A stretch of DNA of 54,641 bases from Butyricicoccus sp. (GTDB lineage: Bacteria > Bacillota > Clostridia > Oscillospirales > Butyricicoccaceae): NCBI RefSeq assembly GCF_050872565.1, contig NZ_JBNMHC010000001.1:1-54641 (forward strand), read 5' to 3'. The translations under genes were made by a program, and so were the position numbers. A model generated the notes under the pieces. It searched no databases. It saw only the letters and a list, made by a program, of their open reading frames with translations, and was not told where the DNA came from. The stretch's first letter is position 1. Each line of letters begins with the position of its first letter. Shown in pieces: positions 1 through 8,759 of this stretch.

Positions 1-417
1 GAAATACGGGTCAAACATAGAAATCTGCTCATCTTCTTGTCCGGTCAGCAAGACATAATGATCGCCGCCATAATTTAAGCGAACAATTACCGCACCATGA
101 CAACGCAATGTCTGGGTCAATTCACTGTCTCCGCCCAAATACACGGCATCTTGACTCAAATATTTACATTCAATCGGAAATTGACAGGCTTTGCCAAACT
201 GCGTCAGCCAATTGGACAAAAACATCATAGCCATACGCGATGTACCACTTCTGCCGGTCTCACCTTTAGCATTGTATGCATCCAAGCTGTACAGCATAAT
301 ATGTTGAACGATTTCCGGCAACAGCTGTTCCCGTGTAAATAGAAAGCTCATCGCATTCATCATTGTTGTCGGACCACAGTCATATTCTGAGATTTGATAA
401 TGTAATGGTGTTTTCAT
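1..417 (-). CDS. Peptidase C39-like cysteine protease (3' end runs off the window)
   Basis: Manual translation from ATG at 417: MKTPLHYQISEYDCGPTT...GGDHYVLL...MFDPYF. The Q-x5-CG, HY and DP motifs fit C39-like proteases. Not in the ORF track. Confidence 0.7.
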   Translation of the reverse strand, partial: MKTPLHYQISEYDCGPTTMMNAMSFLFTREQLLPEIVQHIMLYSLDAYNAKGETGRSGTSRMAMMFLSNWLTQFGKACQFPIECKYLSQDAVYLGGDSELTQTLRCHGAVIVRLNYGGDHYVLLTGQEDEQISMFDPYF

Positions 418-423
418 CTGTAT

Positions 424-1548
424 TTATTCCTCCGAACACATCAAATCCACAGTAATCGCAGTGATTTTCTCTAGCTCATCCACATTGCTGTATTCTTCGC
501 AGGAATGGCAATTGTTCATCGCTGTTGCCAGTACAATGCCCGTTAAACCGTGCTCAGACAACGGATTGTTGTCGCTGCCGCCCATAGTGCTGCACAGCTG
601 ACTTTCTATGCCATGCTTGGCGCAGATGCGCTGAAACCGCTGTACAACCGGATGCTGCTCCGGCGTCTGATAGGCATGAATATGTACCGTATGTTCTGCC
701 GCAACTTCTGCTCCTAATTTGCGCGCTTCTTCTTCAAAAACGCGCTTGGTCTCTTCCCACGTGCGCATGGTTTGTTCATGGTCAAAGCTGCGAATCTCTC
801 CTGTGACGACACAGCTTGCCGGTACGATATTGGTCTGCGTACCGCCGTGAATTGTGCCAATGTTGCGCGTGGTATTTTCATCCAGCCAACCATTTTTCAG
901 TCTGCGTGCTGCGGATGCCGCCACGCAAATGGCATGAATACCCTGCTCCGGATGGAATCCAGCGTGGCTGGCTTTTCCTGTCACAGCAATACGGAATGAA
1001 AGCAACGTTGGAGCTTGAATCGCTGCGCCGCCAACGGCACCGGTCAAATCCAGTACATACGCTTCTTTGGACTGAATCTGAGAAAAATCAAAGACGCTCG
1101 CCCCGATACAATAGGTCTCTTCCGCCACAGAAAACAACACTTCAATGGCTCGATGCGGCAAATGGTTTTCCTGAATCACCGTTAATGCCTCTACAATAGC
1201 AGTTAATGCCGAACAGTCATCCGCACCCAGCACGGTACTGCCGTCTGATGTAATACTTCCGTCTTCATGTACGATGGCTTTTTTGCCGTGTGACGGCTCT
1301 ACCGTGTCCATATGTCCAGAAAACAGCAGAGGCGGCAGCTGCTCCATCCCCTTGGTTGCTGGAAGGTACGCATATAAATTACCTGCATTTCCCTGTATTT
1401 TTTGCGCCGCATGATCTTCCTGTACCTGCAATCCCAATGCAGTCAATGTTTCGATGAGAAAATCACAAATATTTCGCTCTCCATACGATGAACTGTCAAA
1501 CGAAACTAGCTTGCAGAAGGTCTGCACCAGCCGTTCTCTCTGCACCAT
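424..1548 (-). CDS. M20/M25/M40 family metallopeptidase (peptidase T-like)
   Basis: SGHMDTV, LGADD, AEE, GGSD and C-terminal HS metal-binding motifs. Confidence 0.9.
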   Translation of the reverse strand: MVQRERLVQTFCKLVSFDSSSYGERNICDFLIETLTALGLQVQEDHAAQKIQGNAGNLYAYLPATKGMEQLPPLLFSGHMDTVEPSHGKKAIVHEDGSITSDGSTVLGADDCSALTAIVEALTVIQENHLPHRAIEVLFSVAEETYCIGASVFDFSQIQSKEAYVLDLTGAVGGAAIQAPTLLSFRIAVTGKASHAGFHPEQGIHAICVAASAARRLKNGWLDENTTRNIGTIHGGTQTNIVPASCVVTGEIRSFDHEQTMRTWEETKRVFEEEARKLGAEVAAEHTVHIHAYQTPEQHPVVQRFQRICAKHGIESQLCSTMGGSDNNPLSEHGLTGIVLATAMNNCHSCEEYSNVDELEKITAITVDLMCSEE

Positions 1549-1567
1549 GTTCCATTCCCCTTTCTAT

Positions 1568-2599
1568 TTATCTGCGCACATCGCCGCGGTCATTGACGAT
1601 CTGATACCCAACGGAACGCACGCGTCCTTCCTGACACAGCCGACATTTTGCTGCTTCTTCATCCATACAGATTTTGTTGTCATACAAATCATAATTTTTC
1701 CGTGCATCTGTCGGCGTCAAGTTCGGCATCATGACATTGGCACCGGCTTTTAGACCTAATTCTCGTCCAATCGGACTAATCGTACCGAGTGCTGTTGTTG
1801 CCGGAAGCAGCACATACGGGAATAACAAACGCAGTATCGACAGCATTCGCAGTGTCAATGCCAAAGTGCCTGCTGGCTTGTCTGCAAACGGCGTTTCATG
1901 ATGCGGAATAAACGGGCCAATACCAATCATGTCCGGCTGCAATTCCTGTAAAAAGCGTAAATCTGCGACCAATTCTTTGGGCGTCTGCCATGGAGAGCCA
2001 ACCATAAAACCTGCACCGACCTGATAGCCAATGTCTTTTAAGTCAAACAAGCACTGTTTGCGATGTTCCAGACGCATCTCTTCTGGATGCAGCTTGCGAT
2101 AATGCGCATCACTCGCCGTCTCATGCCGCAGCAAATACCGGTCTGCTCCTGCGTCAAAATACGCCTGATAGCTGGCACGAGACTGTTCTCCAATAGACAA
2201 CGTAACCGCACAGTCTGGATAAGTCGTCTTGATTTTATCAACTATAGAGCAAACCCATGCATCTGTATTGCGTGGATCTTCGCCGCCTTGCAGCACAAAC
2301 GTACGAAATCCCATTTGATAGCCATTAGCACAGCTTTGCAAAATCTGTTCTTGTGTCAGCCGATAGCGGTCTGCATGTGTATTGCTCTTGCGAATGCCAC
2401 AATAATAGCAGTCATTTTGACAGACATTGGTAAATTCAATGAGTCCGCGCAAAAACACATCGGTTCCATAATGCTCCCGCCGAACCGCATCCGCCGCAGC
2501 GAACAAATCGCTGTCATCGCTTTCCCGTGTAATCAGCGCAAGCAACTCTGCATCAGACAGATCACGCTGTGCACGAAGTGTCTCAATTATCTGCTTCAT
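1568..2599 (-). CDS. hydE: [FeFe]-hydrogenase H-cluster radical SAM maturase HydE
   Basis: CxxxCxxC (CQNDCYYC), VLQGGED, LLRHET, GIGPFIPH, GANVMMPN, YDLYDNK. Confidence 0.85.
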   Translation of the reverse strand: MKQIIETLRAQRDLSDAELLALITRESDDSDLFAAADAVRREHYGTDVFLRGLIEFTNVCQNDCYYCGIRKSNTHADRYRLTQEQILQSCANGYQMGFRTFVLQGGEDPRNTDAWVCSIVDKIKTTYPDCAVTLSIGEQSRASYQAYFDAGADRYLLRHETASDAHYRKLHPEEMRLEHRKQCLFDLKDIGYQVGAGFMVGSPWQTPKELVADLRFLQELQPDMIGIGPFIPHHETPFADKPAGTLALTLRMLSILRLLFPYVLLPATTALGTISPIGRELGLKAGANVMMPNLTPTDARKNYDLYDNKICMDEEAAKCRLCQEGRVRSVGYQIVNDRGDVRR

Positions 2600-2656
2600 A
2601 TCTTGTCCTCTCGCCTGTTGTTCTATCTTTGTCTTCTATTGTGCGATATAATAAAG

Positions 2657-2686
2657 AAAAAGCGGATAGCTTTTCAGCTATCCGCT
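2657..2686 (-). terminator. Intrinsic terminator; original terminator of the tRNA operon, displaced by ICE insertion
   Basis: AGCGGATAGC/GCTATCCGCT stem with a T-tract on the minus strand, starting 1 nt after the duplicated tRNA 3' end (GTGGCACCTCCA). Confidence 0.8.
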
Positions 2687-2687
2687 A

Positions 2688-2699
2688 TGGAGGTGCCAC
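2688..2699. repeat. Left attachment site core (duplicated tRNA-Cys 3' end)
   Basis: TGGAGGTGCCAC, followed by GGCACC, giving a GGTGCC-AC-GGCACC dyad. Confidence 0.9.
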
Positions 2700-2842
2700 G
2701 GCACCACAAATCCAAAAGATAAAAAGCTTCAAAGCCCGATATTAACTCCACTGTTTTCAATACACTTGCCTATAATATTACCGCAGTACATCTTAAAAAT
2801 CAATAGTTCTGCTTGTTTTGTCTCAATTATTCACTCCTATCG

Positions 2843-2871
2843 TTGCAATAACTCTCTCCGATGGGTATAAT
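2843..2871 (+). promoter_or_regulatory. SigA-type promoter for the 2910 gene
   Basis: TTGCAA-17 nt-TATAAT, followed by RBS AAGGAGG. Confidence 0.65.
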
Positions 2872-2909
2872 AAGAAAAGATATTCTATAGCTTCTAAGGA
2901 GGGATTTCT

Positions 2910-4316
2910 ATGATAGAACAGCTAATTGCCGAAGCAACAGAATGTGATTTTAAAGTTGCTCTTGAAACGAAAAAGCCAAAAAGCTGGTTAAAAAGTGTTA
3001 GTGCCTTTTCCAATGGAATCGGTGGAACTCTATTTTTCGGGATTACTGATGACAGAAAAACTACCGGCTTATTTGATGTTCAAAAAGATGCTGAAGCGAT
3101 CAGTCGCTTAATCAAAGAACGCATCACACCTTTACCGCAATTTATCTTAAAGCCATTTCAAGAAGATGGTAAAAATCTGTTAGCTTTGGAAGTTTCTCCC
3201 GGTCGTAGCACTCCATATTATTACAAGGCAGATGGAGTGATGGAAGCATATATTCGCGTTGGAAATGAAAGTGTACCTGCCCCGGACTATATTGTAAATG
3301 AACTTATCCTCAAGGGAACTAACCAGTCTTTTGACACTCTGACAACAGACGGTGCAAAAAAAGATTATAGCTTTACGCTCTTGGAAGCAACTTATCTGGA
3401 ACGAACTGGTCTCCGTTTTGAGCCTTCTGATTATGTTTCCTTTGGTCTGGCTGATAAGAATGGATTCCTAACCAACGCTGGAAAGCTCATGACCGATCAG
3501 CACACGGTTTACAATTCCCGTATGTTCTGTACCCGGTGGAACGGCTTGGAAAAAGGCTCTATCTTCGATGATGCTCTGGATGACAAGGAATATGAAGGAA
3601 ATCTGATTTATCTGTTGAAGAGCGGCAGTGAATTTATTCGCAATAATTCCAAAGTTCGTTTTGTAAAAGAAGCACAGTATCGTGTAGACAAGCCGGATTA
3701 CGCTGAACGAGCTGTAACAGAAGCTCTTGTCAATGCTCTCATCCACCGTGATTATATCGTGCTTGGCAGTGAAATCCACATTGATATGTTTGATGATCGT
3801 GTGGAAATCACATCTCCGGGCGGTATGTTCGGCGGCGGATCAATTCAGGAATATGACATTTACAGTATTCGTTCAATGCGACGAAACCCTGTGATTGCTG
3901 ACCTGTTTCACCGCATGAAGTACATGGAACGCCGCGGAAGTGGTTTGCGTAAAATCGTTAGCGAGACCGAAAAGCTGCCCGGATACACAGAAGCATATAC
4001 GCCTGAATTTTCCTCAACGGCAACAGATTTTAGAGTCATCTTGAAAAATGTAAATTATATCATGTGCGGAAGAACTGCACATGATACCGCACATGATACC
4101 GCACATGATACCTCTGTGGTTAATAAGCAAAACTTGCTGTTGGAATTTTGTGTAGAGCCTAAGAGTCGAGATGAAATGCAGGCATATATCAACGTTTCCA
4201 GTCGCTCTTACTTTAGCAAATTTTATCTCAAGCCTTTATTATCCTCTGGTAAACTCAAAATGATGTTTCCAGATAAACCTAAGAGCAAACATCAAAAATA
4301 TATTACCGTCCGTTAG
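2910..4316 (+). CDS. AlbA_2/Schlafen-like N-domain + RecG-C/HATPase_c_4-like domain + C-terminal HTH protein
   Basis: EATECDFK...SAFSNGIGGTLFFGI, EALVNALIHRDY, RRNPVIADLF...MERRGSG, C-terminal PDKPKSKHQKY. Confidence 0.8.
   Translation: MIEQLIAEATECDFKVALETKKPKSWLKSVSAFSNGIGGTLFFGITDDRKTTGLFDVQKDAEAISRLIKERITPLPQFILKPFQEDGKNLLALEVSPGRSTPYYYKADGVMEAYIRVGNESVPAPDYIVNELILKGTNQSFDTLTTDGAKKDYSFTLLEATYLERTGLRFEPSDYVSFGLADKNGFLTNAGKLMTDQHTVYNSRMFCTRWNGLEKGSIFDDALDDKEYEGNLIYLLKSGSEFIRNNSKVRFVKEAQYRVDKPDYAERAVTEALVNALIHRDYIVLGSEIHIDMFDDRVEITSPGGMFGGGSIQEYDIYSIRSMRRNPVIADLFHRMKYMERRGSGLRKIVSETEKLPGYTEAYTPEFSSTATDFRVILKNVNYIMCGRTAHDTAHDTAHDTSVVNKQNLLLEFCVEPKSRDEMQAYINVSSRSYFSKFYLKPLLSSGKLKMMFPDKPKSKHQKYITVR
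4077..4112 (+). repeat. In-frame 12-bp tandem repeat (GCACATGATACC)x3 encoding AHDT x3
   Basis: Read directly. Confidence 0.9.
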
Positions 4317-4339
4317 GCAATATTATGACAAAGCTATTC

Positions 4340-4383
4340 AAAAGGGTCTAAATTCTGTGACACACAGGACTTAGACCCTTTTT
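4340..4383 (+). terminator. Intrinsic terminator, probably bidirectional
   Basis: AAAAGGGTCTAA...TTAGACCCTTTT hairpin after the 2910-4316 gene. Confidence 0.7.
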
Positions 4384-4533
4384 CTTATCTGCCTGTTCAT
4401 CTTACAACCAATGTGCTTACTACTAATATTGTACGACAAAAGCTTCAAAGCACCTATCTATCAGGCAGATGCTTTGAAGCATTCGATTTTATTGATTTTG
4501 AAGTCTGAAAGTGTTCTGACTATTGATACGGTA

Positions 4534-4584
4534 AATTGACTTTTATGCCCTTAATTGCAACTATTTAGGGCATAAAAGTCAATT
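4534..4584. repeat. Perfect 18-bp inverted repeat with 15-nt spacer
   Basis: AATTGACTTTTATGCCCT / AGGGCATAAAAGTCAATT. Confidence 0.85.
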
Positions 4585-4648
4585 GTGTTCATTCAAATAC
4601 GTGTACTATTTATATTTCAGCACCGCATTTATCCAGAAGGCAATAACA

Positions 4649-5170
4649 TTAACATATTAATCCATGTTCTCTCGCAAGTTTTTCATTCAAAACTATCACT
4701 TTGATGTTCCAAATTTTCCGAAATTGAAGCAGCCGTTCATTTAATTCCGCTTGAGGTTTTGCCAGCCATGCAATATCTTTTGCATTCTTTACGACCAAAA
4801 CAAATTTTAGCTGCATATCTTTTATATTATTTGCTGACCTCATCATAGAGCCGATCTCCGTTGTATCTTCAAATCTGTCCAAAATTGCAGCCAGATAAAT
4901 TTGCAAGGATGAAATAAATTTTTCCGTTATAGAGGAATAATATTCTTCAAACTTTTGCTTTTTCCCCTCTGTTTCATCCTTATTTTGGGCATTAGGACAG
5001 CTCTTTTTTGCTTCCAAAAAGATAAGTTTATTTTGACGATATTTCAAAACAAACTCGACTGTTTTAATTCCAGTGCCAAGTTTTTTATAAATTTGAGATT
5101 CTTCGATATGAAAAAGATTTTTCTCATCAAATTTTCCAAACTTCATTTCAGACTCTGTTATAATCTTCAC
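4649..5170 (-). CDS. Hypothetical protein, possible PD-(D/E)xK nuclease; partner of the upstream ATPase
   Basis: GTG start overlaps the ATPase stop (GTGA); VEFVL...LIFLEAKKS resembles a nuclease motif. Confidence 0.6.
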   Translation of the reverse strand: MKIITESEMKFGKFDEKNLFHIEESQIYKKLGTGIKTVEFVLKYRQNKLIFLEAKKSCPNAQNKDETEGKKQKFEEYYSSITEKFISSLQIYLAAILDRFEDTTEIGSMMRSANNIKDMQLKFVLVVKNAKDIAWLAKPQAELNERLLQFRKIWNIKVIVLNEKLAREHGLIC

Positions 5171-6186
5171 TCCAACATCACTCCGATTTCATCTCTGTAA
5201 AGTTGGCGGAAGGTATCCATAATCGTGTTATGTTCCAACAGTTCAAATTCCGCTGATGTTTCACATCTTACTTTATCGTTGTCGTTATCTTTATACAAAG
5301 AAATATACTGAACATTGCTTGTCTCGCTTCGTTTTACCTCAATATATTTAGACAGAAAGTAATCATGAGTAGAAACAAATATCTGCACGCCCTCATTCTC
5401 TAACATAATCAACAATTCTGCCAATCTCGGAATATATTTCGGATTGATATTTGCTTCCGGCTCATCCCAAAATAGTACAGAGCCTTTTTCCAGAGTTCCG
5501 TTCTTTATTAACTGCCACAGCAACGCAATCTTGCGCAATCCTTCCGCAACTAAATTAAACTCCAGTCTTGCCTGCGTTCCCGGTTTTAAATAAAATCGGT
5601 CATCATGCAGTGTCACCTTTCCATTACTGATCTCTCGCAATACTTTTAAATATCTTTTCCTTGCCGTTGAATCTACACCTCTGGAAATATCAATCTTTGC
5701 TGCTGCAATAATGTCAAGATAGGTGTCATCAAATTCTACATTTCCCATTTTTACCGCTGCATCCAAATTCCATGCGTTCGATAAAATTTCTTTCGCAGGA
5801 ATAAAAACGCTGGTAAGATCGGACATCTGTTTTTCCCATTTTTCCTCAAACCTTACTTCTGCATCCCATTTTTTTGTTCTTGTTGTAAACGACATTCCAA
5901 TCTTGGCTGTGTCTGACTCTATAGCAACATTCGCGGTATTGTTTCCATTTTTATTTCTGTTAACCAAACGCCCAATGCTAGACTGATCCGGACGAAAAAG
6001 CATGGTCGTCTTTTGCGAGAAGGATACGTCATGCTTTGATGCTTGACACGCAGCATAAGCCAATTTCATGATATGTGTCTTTCCCATGCCATTTTCTCCA
6101 ACCAATACATTCAAGCCCTTGTTGAACGGTATCTCAATATTTTCAAACACCGTGAAATTTTCCATTTTCATTCTCGTTAATGGCAT
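5167..6186 (-). CDS. ABC-type AAA_21/AbiEii-like ATPase
   Basis: Walker A GENGMGKT, signature AEGLRK, Walker B WDEPE, STHD H-loop; start taken at MPLTRMK (6186). Confidence 0.85.
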   Translation of the reverse strand: MPLTRMKMENFTVFENIEIPFNKGLNVLVGENGMGKTHIMKLAYAACQASKHDVSFSQKTTMLFRPDQSSIGRLVNRNKNGNNTANVAIESDTAKIGMSFTTRTKKWDAEVRFEEKWEKQMSDLTSVFIPAKEILSNAWNLDAAVKMGNVEFDDTYLDIIAAAKIDISRGVDSTARKRYLKVLREISNGKVTLHDDRFYLKPGTQARLEFNLVAEGLRKIALLWQLIKNGTLEKGSVLFWDEPEANINPKYIPRLAELLIMLENEGVQIFVSTHDYFLSKYIEVKRSETSNVQYISLYKDNDNDKVRCETSAEFELLEHNTIMDTFRQLYRDEIGVMLE

Positions 6187-6252
6187 TCGTATCACCTTAC
6201 CTAACAATCTATATTTCCTGTCCAACGGATTCGCATATTCTGATTATTATAA

Positions 6253-6858
6253 TTATAGCTCGTTCGTCTTAAAAGTCGTATAGCCTTCGTAATAATAGCT
6301 GTGGTCAATACCCTTCATAAAGACTTCACGGCTGGTTACATCATCTGTCAGCGCAGCTTTTAATAACACCTTTATCTCTACATCTTTAATTGGGCTTCGT
6401 TCCATCGCAAGTAGATAATCTTCTTTGTCTACCTTGCTCCAATCCACGACTTTTCCTATGCCTTGTTTCAACATAAGATCAAGCCAAATACGTGTACTGC
6501 GTCCATTACCTTCTCGAAATGGATGTGCAATATTCATTTCCACATACTTCTCTATAATCTCCTCATATGTGGACTGCGGCATCTTATCTATGTTCGCTAG
6601 TGCTACTTCAAGATACATCAGCGGAACAAATCGAAAATTTCCTTTTGCCAAATTCACCGTGCGTACTTTTCCTGCGAACTCATAAATATCTTCAAAAAGG
6701 TACTTGTGTATCTTCTGTAATGCTGCAAAAGTTCCCACTGGCAACCTATCGAGCGTCCCGCTCTCAAAGAGCCATACAGCTTTTTTCTTACTGATTTTCT
6801 CTTCTTCGCGGGCAAGTTCCGCAGAATCGGTGATTCCTAGCTTATTTTCAAGTGCCAT
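6253..6858 (-). CDS. fic: Class III Fic adenylyltransferase
   Basis: [12 protein letters not shown] catalytic motif and C-terminal inhibitory SYYYEG motif; start taken at MALENKLG. Confidence 0.9.
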   Translation of the reverse strand: MALENKLGITDSAELAREEEKISKKKAVWLFESGTLDRLPVGTFAALQKIHKYLFEDIYEFAGKVRTVNLAKGNFRFVPLMYLEVALANIDKMPQSTYEEIIEKYVEMNIAHPFREGNGRSTRIWLDLMLKQGIGKVVDWSKVDKEDYLLAMERSPIKDVEIKVLLKAALTDDVTSREVFMKGIDHSYYYEGYTTFKTNEL

Positions 6859-7132
6859 TTTTCTTCTCCTGTCTGTCTTTTTCAATCAACGAATTCACAT
6901 ACTCAGTCATCGTTAGTCCATTCATTCTCGGATACATGCGTAAAAATTCATAGTTTTCTGGTGTAAATGCCATATTGATTCTCGGCAACTTTCGACCTTT
7001 TTTGCCTTGTGTGCGCGGCATTGCTGCACTTGAAACTTCATGTACTTCTTGTACCTCTTGTACTTCATGTGCATGGCAGGCTGGTTTGGAAAACAAACCA
7101 GCTGCCGGTGCCATTGTTGTATTCTTTGCCAT
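6848..7132 (-). CDS. Putative ribbon-helix-helix centromere-binding protein (type Ib ParB/ParG-like)
   Basis: Directly downstream of parA; flexible N-terminus and [14 protein letters not shown]...MTEYVNSLI beta-alpha-alpha pattern. Confidence 0.65.
   Translation of the reverse strand: MAKNTTMAPAAGLFSKPACHAHEVQEVQEVHEVSSAAMPRTQGKKGRKLPRINMAFTPENYEFLRMYPRMNGLTMTEYVNSLIEKDRQEKKNGT
7034..7074. repeat. 9-bp repeat cluster 1 (4 copies, consensus TACTTCWTG, ending TGCAT), inside the RHH gene
   Basis: AACTTCATG TACTTCTTG TACCTCTTG TACTTCATG TGCAT. Confidence 0.85.
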
Positions 7133-7134
7133 CT

Positions 7135-7896
7135 TTATTCACCTCTTTCGCCCAAAAGCTCTCCAACAAACTGAAAGTAATCCAAAGCAGTTGTACACTT
7201 CGGCGCATAGTTCAACAGTGGTACCCTGCGTGTTTGTGCCTGTTGTGCGGCTGTGCATTCACGAATTACTGTCTGAAATACTTTTGTATTCAGCATCTCC
7301 GCAATCTCTGGTAAAGCAGCAGATACCTCACGACTTAATATCGTCCTAGCTTGATACCGCGTTCGTAACAGCCCTGCAATCTTCAAATCAGGATTGGTGT
7401 ACTCCATAACTGCCTGAATCGTTTCATTTAACTGAGATAATCCTTGTAAGCTGTATCGGTCAGCTGTGATAGGAACAATAACTGAATCGGCGTATGTCAG
7501 TGCATTGATAAGAAGGATTCCCAATGCTGGTGCTGTATCAATAATGATAAAATCATATTCATCCTGAATCGACATCAGCGCTTTCTTCAGGGTGAATTCC
7601 TTACCCGTTTTCGTCAATTGCATATCCGCCTGGCTAAGCAGCGGATCACCAGCAATAATGTCTCCTACTTCTGTATGCTGAATGACATCATGCGCCGGCT
7701 CTTTGCTGAACAATAAATCATATAGCGTTGCCGTATCCGCAATCGCAGCCTGATATGTATCGCTGGTATTGCACTGAGGATCAGCATCAATCATCAAGAC
7801 TTTCTTTCCTTCATGCATCAGAACACCAGCGAGAGCATTTGCCGTTGTTGTTTTTCCTACGCCGCCTTTTTGATTTGCGATAACAATCTTTTTCAT
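7135..7896 (-). CDS. parA: ParA/Soj family partition ATPase
   Basis: NQKGGVGKTT, IDADPQCN, IIDTAP. Confidence 0.93.
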   Translation of the reverse strand: MKKIVIANQKGGVGKTTTANALAGVLMHEGKKVLMIDADPQCNTSDTYQAAIADTATLYDLLFSKEPAHDVIQHTEVGDIIAGDPLLSQADMQLTKTGKEFTLKKALMSIQDEYDFIIIDTAPALGILLINALTYADSVIVPITADRYSLQGLSQLNETIQAVMEYTNPDLKIAGLLRTRYQARTILSREVSAALPEIAEMLNTKVFQTVIRECTAAQQAQTRRVPLLNYAPKCTTALDYFQFVGELLGERGE

Positions 7897-7908
7897 GAGA
7901 TTACCTCC

Positions 7909-7958
7909 AACTTCTTATACTTCGTGTACTTCATGTACCTCTTGTACTTCATGTGCAT
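7909..7958. repeat. 9-bp repeat cluster 2 (5 copies) abutting the parA RBS; putative parS/operator
   Basis: AACTTCTTA TACTTCGTG TACTTCATG TACCTCTTG TACTTCATG TGCAT. Confidence 0.85.
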
Positions 7959-7987
7959 GAGATGGGAAGCGCACCAGTTAAAAATTT

Positions 7988-8131
7988 ATTTTCTCAGGGT
8001 GGGACTGTAAGTCCGCCCTGCGGCTTACAGCCCTTGTCGTCATCGCAGTAGCGCCGCTACTATTTGTCAAGGGCGGCGTGGAACACGCCGTTTATTTCAC
8101 CCTTGATAAGTAGTCGCGGCGCTGCTATCTA
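7988..8131 (-). promoter_or_regulatory. Frpo/ssi-like single-stranded DNA promoter, copy 1 (upstream of parA)
   Basis: Long imperfect hairpin: TGTCAA 8065-8070 pairs with TTGATA 8103-8108, then 17 nt and TATCTA; paralogous to 45157-45299. Confidence 0.65.
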
Positions 8132-8163
8132 AACCATTCGATTTATCTAAAGTTCTGTATACA

Positions 8164-8195
8164 AACTTCATGTACTTCTTGTACTTCATGTGCAT
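8164..8195. repeat. 9-bp repeat cluster 3 (3 copies), just downstream of a minus-strand TATAAT (8202-8207)
   Basis: AACTTCATG TACTTCTTG TACTTCATG TGCAT. Confidence 0.85.
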
Positions 8196-8246
8196 AAAGG
8201 CATTATAAATAAGTCCTCATTGAGGGCTTATTTTTTTATTTATTTT

Positions 8247-8738
8247 TTAAACGATATTTCGCCCATCGGAAGGATATAATTCTTCCATTTGATTTTCGCT
8301 CTCTTCAATTTCATCCGCTAGTTGTAATCTATCTTTTTCTCGATCAATTTCTTCTGGCGTTGTCGAATGCGTTTCGCAGTATACCCGTTCTACAAAGTCT
8401 GCGATTCGTTTCCATCCATCATCATCTAAGTTAGACATAACAGTCAGAAATGCGTACCGGATATTTTCTGGACGACCAGATAGCACTTCGTCTACCCAAG
8501 AACGAAGTTTTTCATCTACTGTTTCTTCGCATCTCATCTCACCTTCGCCAGTCCGAAGCCAATGCTCATTAACATTATATACTTTGCATATCAATCGTAC
8601 TAATGTGTCACTAATAGCCTGTCGTCCTTGTTCAATGTTGGAAATTATATCTCTAGATGCACCGAGAGATTCTCCAAAAGCTCTTTGAGACATTCCAACA
8701 GACTTTCGCACTGCTTTAATTCTCATATACATAGCCAA
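8247..8738 (-). CDS. Xre/Cro-CI family HTH repressor (paralog A)
   Basis: RIKAVRKSVGMSQRAFGESLG...NEHWLRTGEGEM. Confidence 0.9.
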   Translation of the reverse strand: MAMYMRIKAVRKSVGMSQRAFGESLGASRDIISNIEQGRQAISDTLVRLICKVYNVNEHWLRTGEGEMRCEETVDEKLRSWVDEVLSGRPENIRYAFLTVMSNLDDDGWKRIADFVERVYCETHSTTPEEIDREKDRLQLADEIEESENQMEELYPSDGRNIV

Positions 8739-8759
8739 ACCTCCTCCAATGTTAAAAAT

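Noticed and set aside
2063-2722. 219-aa plus-strand ORF
   Set aside because: Shadow of hydE; only its last codons matter, as the integrase tail in the excised circle
7813-8010. 65-aa ORF with YFVYFMY periodicity
   Set aside because: By-product of the 9-bp repeats, antisense to parA
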